A stretch of DNA of 19,596 nt from Welwitschia mirabilis. Lineage: Eukaryota. The position numbers were made by a program, and so were the translations under genes. The notes below the pieces were generated by a model, which was not told the DNA's origin, did not search any database, and saw only the letters and a program-made list of their open reading frames with translations. Within the stretch, counting starts at the first letter, position 1, and each line of letters opens with the position of its first letter. The stretch spans positions 14,362,875 to 14,382,470 of the forward strand of contig JBOZIK010000001.1 of NCBI GenBank assembly GCA_051453625.1. Reading direction: 5' to 3'. Below are positions 9,952 to 19,596 of the stretch, piece after piece.

Positions 9952-10819
9952 TTATAGGGTGGTTAAGTAGATCTATAATTCAATTGATTGGAAGTGATTT
10001 GACAACCAAACCAAAAACTAGTCACCTGGACCTTAAAATATTGTGACCTGGATTTCAATTGGTCAATGAGATCTTAAACTAGTTGACCAAATCTATAGGG
10101 TTATAATTCAGTAGNNNNNNNNNNNNNNNNNNNNNNNNNNNNNNNNNNNNNNNNNNNNNNNNNNNNNNNNNNNNNNNNNNNNNNNNNNNNNNNNNNNNNN
10201 NNNNNNNNNNNNNNNNNNNNNNNNNNNNNNNNNNNNNNNNNNNNNNNNNNNNNNNNNNNNNNNNNNNNNNNNNNNNNNNNNNNNNNNNNNNNNNNNNNNN
10301 NNNNNNNNNNNNNNNNNNNNNNNNNNNNNNNNNNNNNNNNNNNNNNNNNNNNNNNNNNNNNNNNNNNNNNNNNNNNNNNNNNNNNNNNNNNNNNNNNNNN
10401 NNNNNNNNNNNNNNNNNNNNNNNNNNNNNNNNNNNNNNNNNNNNNNNNNNNNNNNNNNNNNNNNNNNNNNNNNNNNNNNNNNNNNNNNNNNNNNNNNNNN
10501 NNNNNNNNNNNNNNNNNNNNNNNNNNNNNNNNNNNNNNNNNNNNNNNNNNNNNNNNNNNNNNNNNNNNNNNNNNNNNNNNNNNNNNNNNNNNNNNNNNNN
10601 NNNNNNNNNNNNNNNNNNNNNNNNNNNNNNNNNNNNNNNNNNNNNNNNNNNNNNNNNNNNNNNNNNNNNNNNNNNNNNNNNNNNNNNNNNNNNNNNNNNN
10701 NNNNNNNNNNNNNNNNNNNNNNNNNNNNNNNNNNNNNNNNNNNNNNNNNNNNNNNNNATCACCTGTCTCCTTTAGATTTATTTTTCTTTAAGGGTTTTCT
10801 TATCTTCAATCTCCTACCA

Positions 10820-11850
10820 TGTAGTTGCAATAACTAAGAGTCCCTCTAGAAGATGGTAAAGGGAGGTATCCAATAAAGATTCTTTATATTTCTACCAAGA
10901 AATGTCTAAAGAAGCTTTAGACAAATTCTCTAAGAAGTTTAAGAGGAAGCAAATATGCCAAGAAAGGGTTGTTTCCACTATAGAGCTCAGGGAACTTAGA
11001 GACATGATGCAAATTTTACAAGATCCTTATCTTTCCTACTTTTTTGATGTTTCAGACCTTCCTCCCTTTCTTCATTAGGATGTTCTACTATAATACCTCT
11101 TATGATGCTAACAATGCAACCCTGGAAACCCTCATTTTAGGAAAGAAGATGAGGGTTACTACAAGCTACATTACTGTTGTTACTAATCTTCTGAGAGGAG
11201 ATTATGATGAGTTTTGGCCTCTTTGTATCTCCATGGAAGAAAAAGCAAAAGTAATAAGGGAACTTTATGGTAAGTTTCACAGATGGAAAAGCACCTTTCT
11301 ACTTCTTTCCTTACCCTAAAGTACATGTTTTTACTTATCTTTTTGGTTTATCATGATGAGACCTTTAACTATAGGATATATTTGATGTACTTAATTGGAA
11401 CTAAGCACTCTATTGATGCCCCTCCCATCATAATAAAGAATATGGCATATCCTCATTAGAGTATCATAGGACAAGGGCTCTACCTTACTTAGTGTTGATT
11501 GTCAACATCTATCATTGGTATAGAGTCCAGTTTTACCCAAAGCTAAAAAACCTTAACCCCATATTAGTCATTAAGCATGCAAAATTATCTCTCATTCATG
11601 TCTTTGCAAGTTTCAAGAAATCCTCAAAATATGCTTCTCCCAAGTAATCCTCACTATAGGAGACTCTTTTACCTGAGGTGAATAGACTCTCGTATCAGGC
11701 ATATGAAAGAAGCTCTGATCGTAGGTGGTTATGAGATTACAAACACTTCAAAGGAAGCTAGAAGCTCATCACAGAAGGATACTAAAGAAGAGAAAGAAGA
11801 AGAACAAGAAGATTCTAAATTAATCAGAGGAAGAGGCCAAGGAATTTGAT
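10820..11850 (+). pseudogene. Env-like / extra ORF of element B (frameshifted); boundaries approximate
   Basis: Lies between pol and the PPTs. Fragments read SKEALDKFSKKFKRKQICQERVV; FIRMFYYN..LETLILGKKMRVTTSYI; IYLMYLIGTKHSIDAPPIIIKNM; ALPY..LIVNI; acidic tail EEKEEEQED. These resemble the plant retroelement env-like protein pattern (VREFYAN, VRG..I, LPYG.LIT). Confidence 0.7.
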
Positions 11851-11910
11851 TAATTTTATTTCTTTGCTTATGTGTTTATGAAATTTTCGTGCTTGTGTTG
11901 CTTCTCTCCT

Positions 11911-11942
11911 TTATCATTGATGTTAAAAAGATGATAATTAGT
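11911..11942 (+). promoter_or_regulatory. Degenerate upstream PPT of element B
   Basis: TCATTGATGTTAAAAAGATGATAATTAGTT aligns with the upstream PPT of A, GTCATTGATGTCAAAAGGGGGATAATTAGTT. Confidence 0.6.
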
Positions 11943-12339
11943 TAGTTATTCATGCTACTTTATTCAGTTGTAACTACTCTTGATGAGCACTTTTTATTGT
12001 AATGTTTAACTTTTAATAATAGAACTAAATTTTATTATCATCTCTATCTCTCATTTTTTAGTGTACTTCTAATTAATCTTGAACTATAATTTTTGTTATA
12101 TCTTATGGCTCTTAAATAATTGTTGATCAAAATGTCTTTGTCACATATATTTTAAAAATTACATTCCTTACAAATTATATTAAAAATTGTTTAAATTGAG
12201 TGTAAATTAAAAATTCTATAAAACTATCTCATTTCATATAAATGTTAAATATCACTTGCAAATGTAATGGGTATTTTCTAAGGGGAAGCTTTTTCCAAAA
12301 TCAATATCTTTAACTAAGAATAAATTTATTATTAATGTT

Positions 12340-12351
12340 AAAAGGGGGGAT
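12340..12351 (+). promoter_or_regulatory. Terminal polypurine tract of element B
   Basis: AAAAGGGGGGAT immediately before TGTTGAATT. Confidence 0.88.
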
Positions 12352-13210
12352 TGTTGAATTACTATTTGCTAATTTGATTCTAAACTAATGTTTCTGTTTA
12401 GCAAAACATGTTGTATCTTGTATAGGAAATATTAATCATTGCAGGCAAAAGCTGAAACAAGTTGTCATAATTTGAACCTAAACCCATCAATTTTTAAACC
12501 TTCTAAGGGGTTGACAGCTAATGAATCCTGGCTCTATATAACTCCTAAGGCTCCATTTGGGAAATTCCATTCCACCATCATAACTAGTCATCAAGTATCT
12601 TCATCATCTCTCCTCGCCCTCATAGCTAGATTTCCAGACCTTATCTAATTCCCAAGGGGTTGACTGCACTTAAATCTTACACAGAAATGAATCAATTTCA
12701 TAGGAATCTATCAAATACATAAGGGGTTAACTAGACTTATACACCCAATACTTCATAGCTGATCATCAAGTGGTTGACCAGACTTGAGCATAAAATTTTC
12801 ATAGCTAACTGTTAAGGGGGCAACCAGACATTTATGGAGTTGAGCAAACTTGGAGCAGAAAATACTGTTATAACTTTTCCTAGATAGGGAAGTGATAAGA
12901 TGAATATGCGGGTAACTAGATAAATTGTCCATTAGTTCCTGAGGGGTTGACCAAACATAGAGTCATAAGAAATAGGGATTGATTGGAAGAACATGAGGGC
13001 CATCAACTTTAGTAATGGCATGAGATGAGGTGGATTGGACATTTTAAGGGGTTAACTAGTCATGATGAAAATAGGGTTTTTTAAGCTATTATGAGCTCGT
13101 TTTCTAACCATGAAAAGATCTTTTTACTTGTAAAAATCATAAAAGTCTTTCACTATATATTTACGAAGAGTCAAAATCACTGTATCACTTTTGAATATTC
13201 TGGAATCATT
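12352..13210 (+). repeat. 3' LTR of element B, truncated
   Basis: TG start after the PPT, similarity to the start of the A LTR (TAAACTAAT..GTATCTT..TTGCAGG), repeated GGGGTTGAC/GGGGTTAAC motifs, and no ATTCACCC...CA terminus seen. Confidence 0.8.
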
Positions 13211-14360
13211 TGTTGTCTCGACCCTACAAAACATTCAAACTCAAGAATACATGATGGAAGGATAAAATAACATGTCATAGTAACATGTGATAGTAATAAG
13301 AATGATTACATGGAAAACACACGACATGATATATTTTGGAATCTACATCATCAATCAAAGGACATGTCATAGCCTTTCTTACATTAGAATATAAAGAATC
13401 TTCTTTTAAGGCTACATCCCAAATAATTATAACTTCCCCCTTAAGTAAATATCCAACTGTAACTCCCTTATATGTAACTATCCACTAATCACATCATGAT
13501 AAAACTTTCCAAGCATTTCCTCATCTAAAAAAGGGCCTTGAGCCCTCATTATAATGGCTTTTTTTGGTTGGGTAAAACATGGGGAAAAGAATTAGAGTTT
13601 TAGGATGTCTTGATATTGTAAGCACCTTCCTTAGGAGCAGATTTGTTTTAAGGCTAGTTAAGGAGTCCACTTACTTCACCTTCCTTCATTGATGTAATGT
13701 ATCTTTTAACTTGTAATACAAAATTAGCTATTCATTCTTTTATTATTAATGCATATTAATTTGGCATTTGTAATCTTTAGGTGAGGCTAGTTTTTGTTTA
13801 TTTAAGTACTTATTTATTCTTTTATTATTAATGCACATTAATTTTGTATTATCAGTCCTTAGGTAAGACTACTTTATTATCAGTTCTTTCATTACCAAGT
13901 GAGTGTCTTTAAGTTACTTTATGATTCATAGTCACTATCATTTGATGGATCTTGTGCATAATTGTTTATACTTTCTATGCTTATGAAGAGCTATGAAAGA
14001 TCATAGGAATTGAGTAACTCACTAATACTCATGTATGGATGAGATTATGTTATTACACCTAAGCCTTAACAACTTAATAATCATATTTTATGTTTTAGGA
14101 AATAGAAGTTATGAGAGTGAAGGTGGAGCATTAGAAAATTCATGCTAAATCCTTTGAATGCATCTATTCCCTTACATTATCAATCAAAGATAACTTTAAA
14201 ATCTCAACCTCTAGTTTTTATTTTGTTTGAATTTTATTGCAAGTTAGGATTTTTATTCCACTTTTAATAAGATGAATGCATATATATATCCCTATGAAAG
14301 AACAATACTAGGTTCTTACCTGGTTTAAATCTAGTTCACTATACTGACAAGAATAAAAGA
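13211..14360 (+). repeat. Athila-like Ty3/Gypsy LTR (copy 2; 3' or solo LTR); left boundary uncertain
   Basis: About 13718-14360 aligns with 764-1379 and no PBS follows. Candidate start TGTTGTCTCGACCC at 13211. Confidence 0.6.
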
Positions 14361-14379
14361 TTACAAATTTAACATATAC

Positions 14380-16095
14380 TCTCATGATTCTAGTTTAATA
14401 TGTGTAGAAGATCATGGACTAACCTAGATCTTGTATAGGGTGTTATCATTACAAATTTGTTATTTACATTATGTCATGAATTCCACCTAAACTTTGCACA
14501 CTTAGTACAAGTTTATATGATTTTAATTTGATGTATATAGATTGCCATGGATCTGACCTAAAACTAGTACATTTAATACAAAGTGTTATGGTTATAATGT
14601 GGTGTATATAGTATTTTATCAGACTAACCTTAACATTCTACAAAGCCAGTATAAAACATCATGATTTTAATTTAATGTTTATAAAATGTTATGGATTTAA
14701 CTTGAATATTTCACAACTAGTATAAGATGTCATGGTTTTAATTAGATGGCTATAAGGCATCATGGATTTAACTTACATCTTGCATACGTAGGATTGGACA
14801 TCATGCTTATGATTTAATATCTATAGGGCATTATGGATCTAACCTAAATCTTGTACACTTTATATAGAACAATTCTAATTTTATGTCTATTAGATATCAT
14901 ACATCTAACTTAAGCCTTGTACATAGAGTATAGGATGTTATGTTTTTAATTTGGTATTTTTAAGGTGTCATGGATCTGACTTGAACCTTTTACACCTAGT
15001 ATAGAACATCATGATTCTAATTTAATGTGTATAGGATGTTATGAATCTAACGTAAATCTTGTAAAATCATTACATAGAGCCATGATTTTGGTTTAGTATC
15101 TATAAGATATCATGTATCTAACCTTAATCTTATACACATAGTATAAGATGTTATAGTTTTGATTTGATGTCTATATGGCATTATAAATTTTATCCAAATC
15201 TTATACACTTTGTATGTGATTCCATGGATTTAACTTTAACAATGTATAGCATCAAGTTCTAATCTAGAGCCTATACATTTTATGTAAAACATCATGGATC
15301 TAACTTGAGCATCATATGGCATCATGGTTTTGATATATGTCTTATGCACTTTTTATATGGTATCATGGATTTAAACTAAATACTATATGGTATTATTATT
15401 CTAATCTAGATATCTAACTTATATACTATATGATATCATCATTTTGATCTAGAACTTAACACTTTGTATAGGGTATTACTAATCTAATGTAATTGTTAAA
15501 ACACATCATGGTTCTGGTCTAAATCCTATAAACTTTATATAAGGCATCGGAAAAGTAACTTAAACACTATAAAATACAAGGGTATTGATTCAAATATTAT
15601 ACACTTTGTATAATACACCATGAATTTAAGTTGGATAGTATAGGATGTTATCGTTTGGATTTTAATCCTTCACACTTTATAGAATGTCATTAATCTCATT
15701 TTAAATTATAAAATATTATGGTTATACTTTAGAACCTCTAAAATTTATATAGGATACCATGAAGCTAGCTTAGATACTACAAGGTATCACAATTCTCATT
15801 AGTAAAAGGCATACTAGGCATAGGGTACTATAGAACTCATATAGATATTATAGGATATCATAACTCTAAGGTGGATCTCATATATTCAAGAGGAGATGTC
15901 ATGATCTCATCTACCTACTATGGAACACTATGATTTTCATATGGTATCTATCGTTTAACTATCAAATTTAAAGTTTTTGTTTAGTACTTACAAATTCACT
16001 ATAGAATGTTATGATTCATAAATGATGGTAATAAAATGTCCTAATGTAAAAAGTAAGCATATATACCCATTATATGACAACATGATTCTAATTAG
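14380..16095. repeat. Degenerate tandem array with a 71-bp unit built from 30-bp and 41-bp subunits, roughly 23-24 copies
   Basis: (C/T)ATG anchors with ATG at 14661, 14691, 14732, 14762, 14803, 14833 (spacing 30,41,30,41,30) and at 15294, 15324, 15365. Confidence 0.9.
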
Positions 16096-16207
16096 AACGT
16101 GCTTTAACTTCATAAACAGGATAACACTTTATGGCAAGATGTATTTTTCTTATGAGTGAAATAATTAGCTTACTTCATATACTAAGTTAAATTATTAATT
16201 TTATTAA

Positions 16208-16257
16208 TAATATTATTAATAAATCTAGTGGTTATTAATATTATTAATAAATCTAGT
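16208..16257. repeat. Short tandem duplication, 28-bp period
   Basis: TAATATTATTAATAAATCTAGT at 16208 and 16236. Confidence 0.85.
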
Positions 16258-16659
16258 TTGTTAATTTTAATCTTTAAATAGTTGAATGTCTAAATTGAAC
16301 ACTATGAAAAATGAAGAAGTATACGAACTAATGCATGTGGAACCTTAACAATGTGTACACTTCCAAAACAGGGAATATTACATGAACAACTACATTAATT
16401 ATTCCAAGAAAAGAATTGGTTAAGTTCACTAGGAATTCANNNNNNNNNNGGGTCTTATAAGGATGACCATCAGAGTAGTCCATGCAATCCCTTCAAATAA
16501 AAGTGTAAAAATATTTTTAATCATGTAATAAAATGATTTGTAACATTAAATGTTAATCCATGAAACCTTTAATGCACCTAGAACCTTAGAAGAAATCCAT
16601 ATACGAGTACGAAAATATAAGGATCAAATTCATACCTTACATGAAGAAGCATGAAATTA

Positions 16660-17050
16660 ATTCACTGAAGATAGGAATTGTCAAGAATATGTTAAAAAAG
16701 TATAAATTAAGATGTATAAAAGAATTTTTAAATCTTGTGAAGAAGCTTTAAAGTGGTTGTACTATATTAAAAATAATTTGCAATTAAAGAATGTTAAAAA
16801 TAATAATTATAGCCCCTATGTAGAAATGTTCTTAATAAGATTTGTATCAACTTAATGGAGTGGACTTAGTATAAAGAGGAATGATTGATGAAGTGAAATG
16901 ACTTTAAAAATGAGTTATGTAAAGCATGCATCCCTTATTACTTTGTCAAGAACAAAAAAATTAGTTTAGATAGTTACATATTGGAAAAAAAGACCTTAAT
17001 AATGTTATAAATAATTTCAAAAACCTGTAAAGTTTCAATGTCACAAAGAT
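16660..17050 (+). pseudogene. gag: Decayed Ty3/Gypsy gag (capsid-like) region
   Basis: Across stops and frameshifts it reads FKSCEEALKWLYYIKNNLQL..YVEMFL..*W.../DFKNELCKACIPYYFVKNK/FR*LHIGKKDLNNVINNFKNL, matching the retrotransposon gag pattern WL..E / WW / W..FK..L / F..L.QG / F..L. Confidence 0.6.
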
Positions 17051-17539
17051 TTTAAGGAACTTATTAATGACTTCATTATCACTCTCTAACCAAGGATATA
17101 GAATTTAGTGTATCATTCTCAAATCTAAGTTTCCATGAGAAATGTATAGATAGATAAACTACTACATGAAAACTAAACAAAGAGTTATGATAAAAACTCA
17201 CATGGCAATCAATATTAGCTTATAGCTGAGTTTATAAGACTTTCCACAATGTCAACGTCAATAGTTCTCATCATTCCAGCCTTAGCAAAGGATGCAAGAT
17301 TAGCCCTCTCTTATTTGCCACATTTGCAAGATGAAGGAATACATGATGAAGAAATATCTAAAGAAGAAGAAGGAAACAAATCAAGATTGGGGTTCACCTC
17401 TACAATAAGAAGCATGGTAAGTAGGGAAATAATTATTTTTTACTATTTAAATATCTTATTAAAAACTATTTTTATATTTAAAAATAAAGGATTTCTAAAA
17501 AAATTTAACCTATTCTATTTTTTGTAGAGAATGGTACAA

Positions 17540-17750
17540 GTGATTATTTATTCTAGAACCAGAAGATCTTTTAAAACTAAAAGAATAAATTTATAAAGTT
17601 AATATGATTATTATGCTGACCATACATTAAAGAATATAGATTTAATGTTTAAAAATAAATTTTATGTTCTCAATATGAGAAAATGTAATGTAGTTTTATA
17701 AATTTCTTTCTTCAGAAAATTTTACATTAAATCTTCTTTTTAAACTCGTT
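17540..17750 (+). pseudogene. Possible decayed Gypsy aspartic protease
   Basis: VIIYSRTRRSF (cf. VLIDSGATHSF) and KFYVLNMRKCNVVL*ISFF (cf. F.VL.M...DVVLG..FL), in the expected position between gag and RT. Confidence 0.5.
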
Positions 17751-17950
17751 ATTTTTTTATTCCTACTTTATCGAAAGTTTATATCTTAAAAGGGAAAGGA
17801 AAGAGAAAGTAGACCCTATGCATGATTAATAAGTGAGTAAAGACAGTGCTGCGAATAGCATAATTCTTCTATGTTATAATATAAGAAAAAATTAAATTGC
17901 TACAAATGCCACAATAATTCCATGAGGTCTTTAAACATAAGGATAGTCTA

Positions 17951-18735
17951 CTACCAAAAAGAAAAATGAGATATGATATCGAATTTATTTTTAGAGCCTA
18001 CCCAATATCACTTACCTCTTATAAATTTTTACTTATAAAATTAAGATAATTAAAATTATAGATTAAAAATTGATAAATAAAGGAAATGCAAACCAAGTAT
18101 ATTACCTTGGGAAGCTCTAGTATTACTCATGAACAAAAAGGATGGGTATCTTAGCCTATCTATAGATTGCCATCAATTAAACAAAGTAGACATTAAGAAT
18201 AAACATTGGTTACATAGAATTGATGATTTTTTAAATTAATTATAGGGAGCTGAGTACTTTATAAAGATTGATTCAAACTTAGGCTATCATCAAATTCATA
18301 TTAAATAAGAAAGTATTCCTAAAATAGCTTTTAGAATTAGATACAAATATTATGCGTTTATAATTGTGCCTTTTGAACTTGCTAATGTGCCTACAACATT
18401 TATGACTCTAATGAATAATGTTTTATATCCTTACTTGGATAAGTTTATTCTTATTTTTATGAATGATATATTATTTTTCTCAATGAATAAAAATGACCAT
18501 GTTAAGAATCTAAATGAAATATGTAGTTATCAGGGGAGCATGTTTTAATACCAAAGGTAACAAAATCTATTTAGGAACTTTGTCCACTACCTTAGGCATG
18601 TTATATCCAAAGAAGAAAATAAAACTAATACCAACAAGGTCAAAGTAGTACAAGATTGACCAAAACCACAAAAGATAATTAAAGTGAAGAGCTTCTTCGA
18701 TTTAGCCTAATTTTATAAGTCATTTATCTAAGAGT
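17951..18735 (+). pseudogene. pol: Ty3/Gypsy reverse transcriptase, chromovirus-like (Tekay/Del-like), truncated before RNase H
   Basis: [125 protein letters not shown]. Confidence 0.93.
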
Positions 18736-18744
18736 ATCTTAATA

Positions 18745-19596
18745 TGTTATACCTTATATTTTGCATTCTTCAATTAGTAAACATAATGTTATGATTATGA
18801 AAGTATCTAAATTATGTAATACATTTGATATCAAATTTTAATGAAAATTCTTTTTTCTATAATTTACGGCTTATGAGAATTAATGTATAGCTTTACAATT
18901 TAATAATGTGTTATGTTTCTTACATCAAAGACATATTTAAAACTATATGTACTTGTAAGGTTACTTAATTAATTAGTCTTAGNNNNNNNNNNNNNNNNNN
19001 NNNNNNNNNNNNNNNNNNNNNNNNNNNNNNNNNNNNNNNNNNNNNNNNNNNNNNNNNNNNNNNNNNNNNNNNNNNNNNNNNNGTCTTAGTTTTGAATAAT
19101 TTTATTATTTTAAATAATAACAATAATTATGAGAATTTTAATAGCAAAAGAAATTAATAAACTAAGGATATCCAAACTATTAATACCTATTTACAATAAG
19201 ACATGTCATTTACATAATTAAATATTTAAATTTAAAAAATTCATGTGAAGGTGTAAAATAATAATCAAATGTCTACAAAGATGGCATGTGACATCTTTAT
19301 TTTAATCATTTGCTCATGTGCCTTATTCAAATCTAAAAATAAAAGGGAAAAAAGTAAAATTACCTCATAAAAGTAAAAGGATAATAAATAGGTAAAAAGT
19401 AAAAGTACTATGTTCAGCTATGACAATTTCTTACATTCAATTATAACATTTTATTACATTAAATTATGACATTTTTCTTACATTCAAGTATGACCTTTCT
19501 ATCTTGTGATTTGTGTTGTTGATGTGCTGGATCATGAAGAGTGTGAACATATGAATAAGGATATGCATTATGATCTACAAACAAAAAAAACAATAA
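18745..19596 (+). mobile_element. Probable LTR of another Gypsy-type element interrupting the RT
   Basis: Coding similarity stops at about 18735 and TGTTATACCTTATATTTT follows, resembling TGTYAYACCC...TTTT LTR starts. The rest is non-coding with short repeats. Confidence 0.4.
19419..19500. repeat. Minisatellite with a 23-24 bp unit, about 3.5 copies
   Basis: TATGACAATTTCTTACATTCAAT-like units start at 19419, 19442, 19465 and 19489. Confidence 0.85.

Larger units (their letters stand above)
9021..13210 (+). mobile_element. 3' half of a second Sirevirus Ty1/Copia element (element B); right boundary approximate
   Basis: RT C-terminus, RNase H, env-like ORF, multiple PPT-like sites, and a 3' LTR whose start resembles the LTR of element A. 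Confidence 0.88.

Noticed and set aside
12439..12648. 69-aa ORF
   Set aside because: Inside the LTR of element B, TTG start, no recognisable motif.
14380..16095. Array as a CRISPR-like repeat-spacer locus or a repetitive protein gene next to an RT
   Set aside because: The whole unit repeats with no unique spacers, copies are highly degenerate, 71 is not a multiple of 3, there is no ORF or cas gene, and the nearby RT is a standard decayed Ty3/Gypsy RT.
16081..16100. Possible PBS for the downstream Gypsy element
   Set aside because: CATGATTCTAATTAG matches the tandem-array subunit head better than TGGTATCAGAGC.
17249..17527. 92-aa ORF as an independent gene or host exon (GGTAAG at about 17416 looks like a splice donor)
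   Set aside because: It lies between the Gypsy gag and protease remnants and is in frame with the latter, so it is best read as decayed gag-pol linker. No partner exons were seen.
18976..19089. GTCTTAG on both sides of a 100-N gap as a target-site duplication
   Set aside because: A round 100-N gap with identical flanks is more simply a contig overlap or placeholder.

Overview
AT-rich eukaryotic, almost certainly plant, draft-assembly DNA with six N gaps. It consists almost entirely of nested, decayed LTR retrotransposons; I see no host gene, RNA gene or CRISPR array. Left to right: (1) 1-763, a minus-strand LTR-like fragment; (2) 764-1400, the 3' part of an Athila-like Ty3/Gypsy LTR with a decayed PBS; (3) about 1588-9020, a near-complete minus-strand Ty1/Copia Sirevirus (element A: 5' LTR, PBS, short gag, PR, IN, RT, RNase H, multiple PPTs, truncated 3' LTR); (4) 9021 to about 13210, the 3' half of a related plus-strand Sirevirus (element B) that starts exactly at its YVDD motif and carries an env-like ORF; (5) about 13211-14360, a second copy of the Athila-like LTR; (6) about 14380-16095, a degenerate 71-bp (30+41) tandem array; (7) about 16660-18735, a decayed Ty3/Gypsy gag-PR-RT; (8) 18745 to the end, a probable further LTR. 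All coding remnants are pseudogenes. I found no convincing new biological system. The most interesting details are the internal architecture of the array, the phased palindromes in the Sirevirus LTRs, and the A/B comparison. All alignments and counts were done by eye.
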